A stretch of DNA of 64,000 nucleotides from Dehalococcoidia bacterium (GTDB lineage: Bacteria; Chloroflexota; Dehalococcoidia; SM23-28-2; RBG-16-64-32). The stretch is from positions 1,429,300 through 1,493,299 of the forward strand of contig CAXXTF010000002.1 of NCBI GenBank assembly GCA_963665775.2. Direction: 5' to 3'. The position numbers and the translations under genes were made by a program. This document shows, in pieces, positions 38,195-47,716 of this stretch (its first letter is position 1; each line of letters starts with the position of its first letter). The notes under the pieces are model-generated. The model saw only the letters and a list, made by a program, of their open reading frames with translations. It was not told the DNA's origin and did not search any database.

Positions 38195-40792
38195 CTACAC
38201 CTCCTCTAGATCTGATAGCCGGACCCTGGCGACCCTGCGCCCGCGGGCCCGCAGCGCCTGCAGGTCCCCCGCCGACTGGGCGTCCAGAAGCGTCCGAAAC
38301 GTGTACGGCTTCCCGGGGATGGCCAGGTCCAGCGACGGCTCATCGACGACCTGGATGAAGACGCCAGTGGCCGACCCTCCCTTGTGGAGCTGTCCGGTGG
38401 AGTGGAGGAAGCGGGGACCGAAGCCAACGGTGGTCGCCACGCGCAGACGATCGCGCAGCCTTGCCCTGGCTGCCTGAAGTCGGGACGTGTTGTCCGGGGT
38501 GCGCGGCAGGTAGGCCTGGATGGCCAGATAGTCGCCGGGGCGTACCCCCTCCAGGAGCGTCGCCAGGTCGTTATACGGCTCCCTCGGGAGGGCGTCCGCC
38601 TCCAGCAGGTGACGGGTGGCGTCCTTCGCCTCCTGGACGTTGGGCTGATCAAAGGGGTGGATGCCCAGGACGTGGCCGGCCACCGCGGTGGCGAACTCCC
38701 AGCGGAAGAACTCCGCTCCCAGCTTGGCCGCGCCGTCGAAGGGGATCATCACGGAAGGCTCCAAAGCGGTCTCCACGCCAAGGGAGACGAACAGGCGGTC
38801 GCTGCCGTAGACGTCCGGCGGGCCCGGCGGCTCGCCATCCACGGGTACGATGCCCGTGCCTTCCTTGCCGGTCGATTCGGCGATGAGCTGTTCGAGCCAG
38901 GCGCCGAAGGCGGCTACCTCGGCAGGGACCAGGAGGGTCAGCTTGTCCCGCCCTGCCTTTGCGGCCTCGCCCATGAGCGCGCCCAGCCAGAGCCCCGGGT
39001 TGTCCGAGACCGGCGCGCAGTCGGCGCAGGCGCAGGCCATCTCTTCCGCCGAGTCCAGCAGGGCATCAAGGTCTACCCCGATGAGCGCTGCCGGTACCAG
39101 GCCGAAGTAGGAGAGGGCCGAGTAGCGCCCGCCTATATCGGCCGGGTTGAGGAACACGCGTCGGAACCCCTTTGAACGGGCCAGCGCCTCCAGCGGCGTC
39201 CCGGGATCTGTGATGGCGACGAACTGCTTGCCGTCCTTGACCTTGTCGTAGAAGTAGGCGAAATGGGAGAGCGTCTCCACGGTGCCGCCCGATTTGCTGG
39301 CGACGATGAATAACGTGTTGCTGAGGTCACCGTCCGTCTCCACTGCCGCTATCGCCTCTGGATGCGTGGTGTCCAGCGCAGTCAGCGGCTTGCCCCCGAA
39401 GGTCGTCGAGAACACCTCCGGCGCCAGGCTGGAGCCGCCCATCCCCAGGAGGACGATCCGCTCGAATGCTGCACAGCTCTGGGCGAACTCCTGCAGCTGG
39501 TCCATCTGCTCGCGCATCTTCTCCGGTAGCGCTAGCCAGCCCAGGCGGTTGGTAATCTCGGTCGGGTCCGGCTTCCAGACGGTGTGATCCAGCGCCCATA
39601 TGCGCCGGGGCACCCCCGCCTTCTCCATGCTGGAGAGGCGCTTCTCCAGGGGCTTCGCCAGCGCGCCCAGACTGACCCGAGGCTGCCCCTGGGCCGAGAC
39701 GATCCGTTCGCACTTGGCCTCGATCCCGGCCAGCAGCTTCTCGAAGTCCTTCTGAAACGCCGCCAGCCCGTCCTCCAGCAGCTTGGCCAGCACCTCATCC
39801 AATCGCACGCCCAACTCCGGCAGCATACCGATCGTCATCTCAGCCTCTTCCAGGTCCGCCTCCAGCGCCGGCGGCGCCGACCGCAGCTGTCCGTGGTCGG
39901 CGAAGGCGTACAGCGTGCTCTCTGGCATCGTGTTCACGGTATGCGCGCCGATAAGCTCTTCGACGTACAAGACGTCCGAGTAGCCGGGGTTCTTCGTTCC
40001 CGTGGAGGCCCAGAGCGGGCGCTGGAGGCGCCCCCCCACCGCCGCCAGCCGATCCCAGCGCGGGCCGGAGAAGAGCCTGCGGAAGAGGCGGTAGGCCGTC
40101 TTCGCGTTGGCGATTGCGGCCTTGCCCCGCAGCGGCGACTCCTCCGGCAGCAGCGCGTCCACCGCCGTATCCACTCTAGAAACGAAGAAGGACGCCACGC
40201 CGGCGACGTCTTCGATCGACTGACCGGCCTCCAGCCGCCGCTCCAAGCCCGCAATGTAGGCCAGAGCGGCCTGCTCGTACGCCTTCACGTCGAAGAGCAA
40301 GGTAACGTTGACGTTGACGCCCTGCCTTGTCAGCTCCTCGATCGCCGGTGCGCCTTCCGGCGTGCCGGGGACCTTGATCATCACGTTGGGGCGCGCGAGC
40401 TCGCTGAACAGGCTCAGACCCTCCTGGATCGTGCCCTCGGCGTCTCGCGCCAGGTTCGGCGATACCTCAAGGCTGACGAACCCGTCGCCTCCCTTCCTGT
40501 CGTCGTAAACCGGACGCAGAACATCGGCCGTCATCCCGATGTCCTCGACTGCCAGGCGTAGGAAGATCGCCTTCGGGTCGCGCTGGCCGCTTTCCACGAG
40601 CGAGCGGAGGGCGTCATCGTAGTCGGTCGAGCCAGCGATCGCTTTGTTCAAGATGGTGGGGTTCGAGGTTACGCCAGCCACGGCGTACTCGTCGACCAGT
40701 CGCTTCAGGCCACCGGAAGTGATGAGGCCTCTACGGATGTAGTCGAGCCAGGGGCTCTGCCCGAAGTCTCGGAGCCGAAACAATGGGTTCAC
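38195..40792 (-). CDS. Bifunctional transaldolase / glucose-6-phosphate isomerase
   Basis: GQSPWLD, GVTSNPT, MIKVPGT, SFFVSRVD, WASTGTK; GMGGSSL, SKSGGT, GGRYS, FDQPNVQEAK. Confidence 0.95.
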   Translation of the reverse strand: MNPLFRLRDFGQSPWLDYIRRGLITSGGLKRLVDEYAVAGVTSNPTILNKAIAGSTDYDDALRSLVESGQRDPKAIFLRLAVEDIGMTADVLRPVYDDRKGGDGFVSLEVSPNLARDAEGTIQEGLSLFSELARPNVMIKVPGTPEGAPAIEELTRQGVNVNVTLLFDVKAYEQAALAYIAGLERRLEAGQSIEDVAGVASFFVSRVDTAVDALLPEESPLRGKAAIANAKTAYRLFRRLFSGPRWDRLAAVGGRLQRPLWASTGTKNPGYSDVLYVEELIGAHTVNTMPESTLYAFADHGQLRSAPPALEADLEEAEMTIGMLPELGVRLDEVLAKLLEDGLAAFQKDFEKLLAGIEAKCERIVSAQGQPRVSLGALAKPLEKRLSSMEKAGVPRRIWALDHTVWKPDPTEITNRLGWLALPEKMREQMDQLQEFAQSCAAFERIVLLGMGGSSLAPEVFSTTFGGKPLTALDTTHPEAIAAVETDGDLSNTLFIVASKSGGTVETLSHFAYFYDKVKDGKQFVAITDPGTPLEALARSKGFRRVFLNPADIGGRYSALSYFGLVPAALIGVDLDALLDSAEEMACACADCAPVSDNPGLWLGALMGEAAKAGRDKLTLLVPAEVAAFGAWLEQLIAESTGKEGTGIVPVDGEPPGPPDVYGSDRLFVSLGVETALEPSVMIPFDGAAKLGAEFFRWEFATAVAGHVLGIHPFDQPNVQEAKDATRHLLEADALPREPYNDLATLLEGVRPGDYLAIQAYLPRTPDNTSRLQAARARLRDRLRVATTVGFGPRFLHSTGQLHKGGSATGVFIQVVDEPSLDLAIPGKPYTFRTLLDAQSAGDLQALRARGRRVARVRLSDLEEV

Positions 40793-40902
40793 GTTCCCTC
40801 CTTCTCGATCACAGCGATTTTCTCGAGGCGGCGCACGATGCCCTCGCCATGGGCGTGCACCCTCATGTCCGGTCTCAGCTCAAGGTCGGCTTCGTCCGTC
40901 AT
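40789..40902 (-). pseudogene. 37-aa ORF between fba and tal-pgi, possibly a deleted rpiB
   Basis: AAGGAG RBS; GTGA overlap with tal-pgi; tail VRRLEKIAVIE resembles the RpiB C-terminus. Confidence 0.35.
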
Positions 40903-40915
40903 TTCTCTCCTTCCT

Positions 40916-41836
40916 CTAGCCCGCCTTACCTTCGCTGCCAAACAGACGGATGCGGGCCTCGACTGCATTCCGTACAACGTCTTCAACATAGCCCATCAGC
41001 TCGTACAGATTGAAGATGTCCGGCTGCTCCGCGAGAACCTGACGCATCCGGCCCAAGGCCGCCAGCCTCAGGTCGGAGTCGGTGTTGATCTTCGCCACGC
41101 CGAGGGAGATGGCTCGCCTGATGAACTCCTCCGGGATGCCTGTGGCCTTCGGCAGCTGGGCGCCGTATCGCTCGGCGAACGCCACCTCCTCCTCACGGAC
41201 CGCAGAGGCGCCGTGGAGGACGATTGGGTTGTCTAGGAGCCCGGCGATTGTGGCCAGCCGGTCGAAATCGAGTCGTGGTTCGCCTTTGAACTTGAAGGCG
41301 CCGTGCGAGGTGCCGATGGTGATGGTAAGCGAATCGACACCCGTCTCGGCTACAAACCGCACGGCCTCCTCGAGCACCGTGAAGGTGGCCGCCGCCGCCA
41401 CCTCGCCCAGGTCCTCGATTCCCGCCAGCTGACCGATCTCGGCTTCCACCTGGACGCTGCGGTCGTGAGCGTACGCCACGATCTCCCGCGTGGCGGCGAT
41501 GTTCTCCTCTAGCGGCAGCCGCGACGTGTCGATCATCACCGAGGTGTATCCGGCCTCCACCGCGGCCCTCGCCACTTCGATGCTCTTGCCGTGGTCCATG
41601 TGAAGGGCGACGGGGACCGGGGCCTCCTCGGCGAGGCGGCGGACGATTGAGGCGATGTTGCCGAAACCGGCATGCTTGACGGCACCCTCCGACGTCTGAA
41701 TCATAACCGGCGCCCGTAGGTTCGTCGCCGCATCGACGACGGCCCGAGCGGACTCCAGGTTGTAGACGTTGAACCCCCCAACCGCCCAGCCGTTCGCGCG
41801 ACCCGCTCTCAGATACTCCAGCGGGTTAACCAGCAT
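40916..41836 (-). CDS. fba: Class II fructose-bisphosphate aldolase
   Basis: FNVYN, LHMDHG, SVMID, VEAEIG, GTSHGAFK, VLHGAS, KINTDSD. Confidence 0.95.
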   Translation of the reverse strand: MLVNPLEYLRAGRANGWAVGGFNVYNLESARAVVDAATNLRAPVMIQTSEGAVKHAGFGNIASIVRRLAEEAPVPVALHMDHGKSIEVARAAVEAGYTSVMIDTSRLPLEENIAATREIVAYAHDRSVQVEAEIGQLAGIEDLGEVAAAATFTVLEEAVRFVAETGVDSLTITIGTSHGAFKFKGEPRLDFDRLATIAGLLDNPIVLHGASAVREEEVAFAERYGAQLPKATGIPEEFIRRAISLGVAKINTDSDLRLAALGRMRQVLAEQPDIFNLYELMGYVEDVVRNAVEARIRLFGSEGKAG

Positions 41837-41962
41837 CAGAGGGCTCCCCCTTGTTCGCAGGTAAGTCTCGCAGTTGCTCCTCTGGCGGCTCCTTACCCCC
41901 GTGTACCTTTCGCTCGTGTTCCTTGATCACTCGCCCTGAAGATAAGCTTATGTGGAGGCATG

Positions 41963-41994
41963 AGCATAAGGTGTCAATATTACCGTGTCAATAT
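41963..41994 (-). promoter_or_regulatory. Sigma-70-type promoter of the fba operon with an overlapping direct repeat
   Basis: TTGACA-N17-TATGCT on the minus strand; GTGTCAATAT repeated at 41971 and 41985. Confidence 0.7.
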
Positions 41995-42025
41995 GTTCGA
42001 TGAAGAATGGAGTGAGCGGTCAAGC

Positions 42026-42724
42026 CTAGGCGGGGGAACGCAGTCTGCTTATCAAGGTTTGGAACTCGCAGCGGGCGCAGAACTCGTAGGCCTCCACGAG
42101 GACGAAGAGGATCACGCCGCCCCAGAGATAGGCCGCCAGCACGTCGCTCGGCCAATGCGCGCCAGTGTATACCCGCTGGAGGCCCATCAGAGCGATCACC
42201 GCTAGGCTGGACCATCGCACCCATCGCCGTATCCGAGGACTGGCGATGAGCCACTCAGAGGCGAAGTAGACGAATCCCCACAGCAGAACCGCGCCCAACA
42301 CATGGCCGCTGGGAAAGGAGAACCCACCCGCCTGCTCCGTGACCTCCACCTGGAATGGCGAGGGCCGTGGCCTCTCCACCAGCTCCTTCAGCAGGAATGC
42401 CGAACCGCGGGCGATCACGGCTAGGACCATAAACAACGCCATCAGCCGTTGCCTTCGCAACGTCATGAGGGCCACTATCGCTAGTGCGATGAGCTGGAAC
42501 ACGGGTGAGAGCCCGATACGATAGACGAATTCGCTAAGCAGGTCCAGGCCGGGGAGGCGCACGTCCTGGACTGCTCGTGCCAGGGTTACGTCCCCCGGAG
42601 GGTAGGCGCCGAAGAAAGCGAGCGCCGTCAGGGCGATGGCAGCGATAAATGCCGCAAGCCACAGTCCCCACTGTCTGGGGCCAGGGGCTAGCATGGTCTG
42701 CTTCCACTTAGCAGTCATAGTCAT
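42026..42724 (-). CDS. PAP2-family membrane phosphatase
   Basis: K-x4-RPRP, SFPSGH, RVYTGAHWPSD; catalytic motifs intact. Confidence 0.92.
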   Translation of the reverse strand: MTMTAKWKQTMLAPGPRQWGLWLAAFIAAIALTALAFFGAYPPGDVTLARAVQDVRLPGLDLLSEFVYRIGLSPVFQLIALAIVALMTLRRQRLMALFMVLAVIARGSAFLLKELVERPRPSPFQVEVTEQAGGFSFPSGHVLGAVLLWGFVYFASEWLIASPRIRRWVRWSSLAVIALMGLQRVYTGAHWPSDVLAAYLWGGVILFVLVEAYEFCARCEFQTLISRLRSPA

Positions 42725-42774
42725 AGCATACCACCAGGAGAAGGCTCAACTATGTGCCTTCTACCAGGTATACG

Positions 42775-44094
42775 CTAGGGCTCGCTTGGCAGACCTCCGA
42801 CCACGGTCGGCTCGGAAACGGCTGGAAGCTCCTTCCACACTTCCCGAAGCTTCACCAGGTAGGCTGTCAGCAGGAACGCCGCTCCGATAACGTCGGTGGC
42901 GACATCAACCCCCTCCGGCGCTATCCCTTCGGACGCGAAGAAATCGGCCAGCCGCGAGATGATCAAGAATCCGATGCCTATCGCCAGGAGCGGGAATGTG
43001 GCTCGCGATCGCATGAGTTCGCCAAGGAAGATGGCGACCGCTGTGAGGCCCACAACCCCGTACCCGAGGAGAATCAGGTCATCCAGGCCGACCAGGGGCA
43101 CAGCGACGCCGAGGCCGTTCTCGACCGCGTCTCCCACCCGCCCGCGTATGCCGAAGTAGTCGTCGCCTCCTAGCCAAACGAGCCCGGCGCCGGAGAGGAT
43201 CCAGAAGAAGCTGCCCGGCGCATCCACCCGCTGTCCCGCCTGCGGCAGCCGCCAGAAGCGGGTGTAGATGTAGTACCCTGCCACTCCGGCCAGCAGCAAC
43301 TCGGCAGCCCTCAGGGCCTGCATCGGTCCATACGCTCCGAAGGTCTCCGATAGCTTACCCGCAAGGACACCCGCGATGGCGGCGACGACCAGAGCCACCG
43401 CGATCGCCGCCAGGATGCTCAGGACCAGAGTCCGGTGCGAGCGCAGCCTCACCGCCGAGTCCCTCACCCAAGCGAGGAGATGGTGCGGCCGCAGGGAGTG
43501 CCAACGACTCTTGACCATCCTGGGCGCTACGCCGGGACCGGAGCAGGCCAGCCAGCAGGTCAGCACCGCCAGGTGCTGGCGCCGGTACAGCCTAAACGGC
43601 AGCCTTCGAAACCCCTGATCGAGCAGAACAGCCAGCAAGGGGCGGTTCCTACGTAGGGGCTCGGCCAGGAGGTAGGCGAAGCTACCTAAGAACGGTACCA
43701 GCGACGCCGCGGCGACCGTCAGCGTGTGGATCTTTCGCGCCCCGCGGAGCCGCTCGTCGGATCCCCGCCTGATCAGCGCCCTCGCCTCTGCCGTCAGCCG
43801 GAAGAACACCGTCCATCCAAACCGAGCGACATTCTCTAAGGGGGTGAACAGGACTAATGTAATAGCGATATGCGCCCCAAGGTGCCCCAACGCAGCCATG
43901 GTCTCAGGTGTCTCCAGGCCACTTGTGGCTTTCTCCGCTTCCTCCCGGTCCAGGCTGCCCTCGTCTACCAGTCGCTGGACTGCCCTGCGAGCCCAGTCGC
44001 GGGTCAGTCCACCTCCGGCTCGCGCCTGACGAAAGGTGCCTCGTATCGCCCCGATCAGAGCCGGGGGCCATAGCAGGCGCAGCGGCCTAGGCAC
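42775..44094 (-). CDS. Uncharacterised membrane protein; N-half homologous to the C-terminus of 47717-49699
   Basis: HLGAH..ARFGWT..IHT..LVP..LLDQ..LPFRLY versus HLGVH..ARFLWT..IHT..LVP..VLDQ..LPFKIY; extra multi-TM C-half. Confidence 0.7.
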   Translation of the reverse strand: MPRPLRLLWPPALIGAIRGTFRQARAGGGLTRDWARRAVQRLVDEGSLDREEAEKATSGLETPETMAALGHLGAHIAITLVLFTPLENVARFGWTVFFRLTAEARALIRRGSDERLRGARKIHTLTVAAASLVPFLGSFAYLLAEPLRRNRPLLAVLLDQGFRRLPFRLYRRQHLAVLTCWLACSGPGVAPRMVKSRWHSLRPHHLLAWVRDSAVRLRSHRTLVLSILAAIAVALVVAAIAGVLAGKLSETFGAYGPMQALRAAELLLAGVAGYYIYTRFWRLPQAGQRVDAPGSFFWILSGAGLVWLGGDDYFGIRGRVGDAVENGLGVAVPLVGLDDLILLGYGVVGLTAVAIFLGELMRSRATFPLLAIGIGFLIISRLADFFASEGIAPEGVDVATDVIGAAFLLTAYLVKLREVWKELPAVSEPTVVGGLPSEP

Positions 44095-44884
44095 GACGCA
44101 GGGGCTTGAGCAAGACGGAGCCGACCTTCAGGACAAGCTGTAGCAGCCTGCCCCAGATCCGCAGCTCAGACTTCTGCCACTCCTCGGCGCAATGCTGATA
44201 CTCGTCTGTAGCATGCTGAAGTTCTCGAAGCCCCTCCGGTCCCAGGGCCGCTTCGATCTCGTCACCGTGCTTCTCGATATACTTGCGAGTCTTAGCGACG
44301 AACACGTCGTCGAACACCGGAATCAACCCCGCCTTGATGGCGTCGATCCATTGACCGATCGGCATCATCGGGTTGACCACGCCTGATTCCAGATCGATGA
44401 TCTTGTAGCTTCCGTCCGGCGTCTCGATCAGGTTCCCGGTCGCCTTGGGGTTCCAGGGAAGGACCTGCCAGGTAGGCAGCCCTACCTCCTGAAAGAGAGG
44501 TGTGAGCTTCCGCAGGAACGCCCGCGCCCGCTTCTTGTCCTTTGGCACCTCCCCTTCGATGAGTTGGGTCACGAAAATGCAACCCTTCTCATCGCAGCGT
44601 ATATCGAGAGTCGGAGCCACGTGGTCGGTGCCGAACCAGAACTTCGTCATCAGGCTGGCGATGGTCCGGCGCGCTTTGGCCGCTTGTAGAGAGGGCTCGT
44701 TCCGAACGTAGGGGAAAGGGGCCTGGAACGCCAGCCAGTAAAGGAGCTTAACCAGGAGAGGAGGCCGGTAAATCTTGGTTGCGGTGGCGTGTTCCCGGTC
44801 TAGAAGGACGCGGCTGGCCAGGCCGCCGGATACATCGGAGTGGGCTTCGTGGTCATCTGGATCCCTCGCTTGATCTGGGAACAT
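44087..44884 (-). CDS. Atypical protein-kinase-like domain protein
   Basis: GGLASRV..TATKIY, FVTQLIEG, GNLI..KIIDLES; homologous to the middle of 47717-49699; GGGAGG RBS before ATG 44884. Confidence 0.65.
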   Translation of the reverse strand: MFPDQARDPDDHEAHSDVSGGLASRVLLDREHATATKIYRPPLLVKLLYWLAFQAPFPYVRNEPSLQAAKARRTIASLMTKFWFGTDHVAPTLDIRCDEKGCIFVTQLIEGEVPKDKKRARAFLRKLTPLFQEVGLPTWQVLPWNPKATGNLIETPDGSYKIIDLESGVVNPMMPIGQWIDAIKAGLIPVFDDVFVAKTRKYIEKHGDEIEAALGPEGLRELQHATDEYQHCAEEWQKSELRIWGRLLQLVLKVGSVLLKPLRRA

Positions 44885-45198
44885 GGAGTCCTCCCGTCGG
44901 CGTCTCGGTTTCGACATTATACACCCGCGTACTCGGCGCGACGGCACCCGATTCTGGAAGCTCCATCGGCTGCATCGCGAAGGCTGGTCGGGTCAGTAAC
45001 TTGACGCCCCCTTCCGGCAGATGGATAATCCTCTTCGCCATCACCAGCCCAGATGGCGCCCAGCGCAATGGAGCAATCCCGCGATCCCTCTTTCGCCGTG
45101 GTTGTGCCATCCATACCGGTCGGTTGTGCATCATTTCGTGGCTGAACGCAGGAGCCGCTCAGGAACTTATCACATTAGTTAGGTGTGAGGCATAGGCT

Positions 45199-45486
45199 AT
45201 GGCCGAGCCGATCATTCTTACGGTCGATGACGAGCCGCAAGTCAGGAACGTGGTCGCCCGTAGCGACCACGGGCGCGAGCTGGAAACTTGGTTGGAGGAG
45301 CGCGGGATGGTAGACGCCTGGAAACTCGCGCCTGCGCTGGTGAATCTGAATTACGATACCGCCGGGCTGACAGCGCTGGCCGACAGCATCGCTCCCGACC
45401 AACTCCCCGCCGTGATTGGCGGGCTGGACACGACTTACGCGGTATACAGCGTACTCACAGAGATCGGTCAGAGCGCGGGACCCTGA
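45199..45486 (+). pseudogene. Deletion chimera: receiver-domain N-terminus joined to an internal histidine-kinase segment
   Basis: MAEPIILTVDDEPQVRNVVAR then SDHGRELETWLEERG..AWKLAPALV..EIGQSAG. Confidence 0.6.
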
Positions 45487-45569
45487 CGATCGAGTAGGCA
45501 CCTGTGATGGTGGGTGACGCAGGGCCCATGGACGTCGCTGATTGAAGGAGACAATAGGCGAGGAATGCG

Positions 45570-47456
45570 ATGATGGAAGAGGGAAAGGGTGACAAGCCTC
45601 GCCGCCGGCTCCCGTGGTGGCTGATCGTTGGCTTTGTAGCCCTCGTTCTGCTGGTATTCGTTCCCTTGATCGGCGGCGGGGACGATAAGAAGACCGAGGA
45701 GGTGTCTTTGCTGGCTTTCGCCAAGGCGGTGGAGGAAGCTGGGGAGACCGACCGCATCGTCGTGAAGGGCGATAAGCTCACTCTGGAGCGGGAAGATGGC
45801 ACCAAAGTAGTTAAGACCCGGAAGGAAGAAGGTATCAGCGCCATCGAGACGCTCCAGCGCTTGGGGGTCTCCGATGAGGCCCTGCAAAGAGTCGAGATTG
45901 AGGTCGAGAAGAAAGGCGCGAGCATAGGCTCCATCCTGCTCACTCTTGCTCCTCTCCTCTTCCTCGTCGTCATCGGGTTCGTAATCTTCCGGCAGTTCCG
46001 CGGCGGCGCCGGCGGCGGGATATTCGGCTTCGGCCGCAGCAAGCCCCGGGTCACTGGGGTCGACGGTCAGCGTCCGAAAACTACATTCGCCGACATCGCT
46101 GGCGTAGAGACGGCCAAGCTTGAGCTGCACGAGGTCGTTGAGTTCCTCGGCTCTCCTGAGAGGTTCACCCGCCTGGGCGCCCACGTTCCTAAGGGCGTGC
46201 TGCTGGTGGGTCCGCCGGGCACGGGCAAGACGCTGCTGGCCAGGGCGATTGCCGGCGAGGCCGGCGTGCCCTTTTTCAGCATCTCCGCCTCCGAGTTCGT
46301 GGAGATGTTCGTGGGAACGGGGGCCTCCCGGGTGCGGGACCTATTCGAGAAGGCGAAAGCGGCGGCGCCCTCCATAATCTTCATCGACGAGATCGACGCC
46401 GTGGGTCGGCGGCGGGGCGTCGGCCTGGGCGGCGGCAACGACGAGCGGGAGCAGACGCTGAACCAGATCCTGGTGGAGATGGACGGGTTTGAGACCGGCA
46501 CAAACGTGATCGTCATCGCCGCCACCAACCGCGCCGACGTGCTGGACGCCGCCCTCCTGCAGCCCGGACGGTTCGACCGCCGGATAGAGGTGGACCGCCC
46601 TGACGCTGAGGGCCGGGAGGCGATCCTACGGGTGCACGCGCAGGGTAAGCCGCTGGCCCCAGAGGTCAAGCTGGCGGACATCGCCAAGCTCACGTCAGGC
46701 TTCACGGGCGCCGACCTGGAGAACCTGATGAACGAGGCGGCGATCCTCGCCGCCCGCAAAGGCGAGCTCGCGATCGGTTCCACCGCGCTGAACGAGGCGT
46801 TCGAGCGGATCATCGCCGGGCCGGAGCGGAGCAAGAAGCTCCTCAGCCCGGAGGAGCGCCGCGTGGTCGCGTACCACGAGGCGGGCCATGCCGTGGCCAT
46901 GGAGTCCATGCCCAACGCCGATCCCGTGCACAAGATCAGCATCGTCTCCCGCGGGCCGGCTTTGGGCTACACGATGCCGCTGCCGGAGCGGGACAGGGTG
47001 CTGCGCTCAAAGGAAGCGATGGAAGACGAGATCGCCGGCCTTATGGGGGGGCGGGCCGCCGAGGAGCTACTGCATTGCAGCGTGACCACGGGTGCCGCCA
47101 ACGACCTGCAACCGGCCACGGCGCTGGCCCAGGCCATGGTCACGCAGTACGGGATGAGCCCTGAGATGGGCCTGCGCATCTTCGGCAACGGCGAGCAGTC
47201 ACCCCCCGGCTGGCCACAGCAGCAGCGCGAGTACGCCGAAGGCACGGCCCTCAGGATCGATACCGAGATCAACGGCATCCTGGACCGCGCCCATACCAGA
47301 ACGAGGACGATTCTAAAGGAACGCTGGGGTACAGTCTCTCGGATGGCCGCCGCCCTGCTGGAGCAGGAGACGCTGGAACGGCGGGACATCGAGAGACTTC
47401 TCGCCGAGAGCGTCGAGGGTACCGAAGTCTACTGCGAAGAGGAGACCGAGGCTTAG
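45570..47456 (+). CDS. ftsH: ATP-dependent zinc metalloprotease FtsH
   Basis: Two TM segments, [48 protein letters not shown]. Confidence 0.96.
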   Translation: MMEEGKGDKPRRRLPWWLIVGFVALVLLVFVPLIGGGDDKKTEEVSLLAFAKAVEEAGETDRIVVKGDKLTLEREDGTKVVKTRKEEGISAIETLQRLGVSDEALQRVEIEVEKKGASIGSILLTLAPLLFLVVIGFVIFRQFRGGAGGGIFGFGRSKPRVTGVDGQRPKTTFADIAGVETAKLELHEVVEFLGSPERFTRLGAHVPKGVLLVGPPGTGKTLLARAIAGEAGVPFFSISASEFVEMFVGTGASRVRDLFEKAKAAAPSIIFIDEIDAVGRRRGVGLGGGNDEREQTLNQILVEMDGFETGTNVIVIAATNRADVLDAALLQPGRFDRRIEVDRPDAEGREAILRVHAQGKPLAPEVKLADIAKLTSGFTGADLENLMNEAAILAARKGELAIGSTALNEAFERIIAGPERSKKLLSPEERRVVAYHEAGHAVAMESMPNADPVHKISIVSRGPALGYTMPLPERDRVLRSKEAMEDEIAGLMGGRAAEELLHCSVTTGAANDLQPATALAQAMVTQYGMSPEMGLRIFGNGEQSPPGWPQQQREYAEGTALRIDTEINGILDRAHTRTRTILKERWGTVSRMAAALLEQETLERRDIERLLAESVEGTEVYCEEETEA

Positions 47457-47716
47457 ACGGCAGGGGCTTGGCTGTAGTCCGTCGCACCCCTTTTCGTGAG
47501 CCTTGATGTGAATGTGGTCTGCGGTCTCCCCCACTGTGGCACCGTCGTCCCCTCGGCGGACGATCACCGGCACTGTCCAGCCAAAAGCTAAGTCCGTGCG
47601 CGCACCGGACACCGGATCATAGCATCTATGCGCTCGCGTCTACACAATGTTGACTATTGTCTGGGAGCGAGTGATACTTTCGGCCATAGGAAGAGGCAGT
47701 AATTCCAGGCCAGAGA

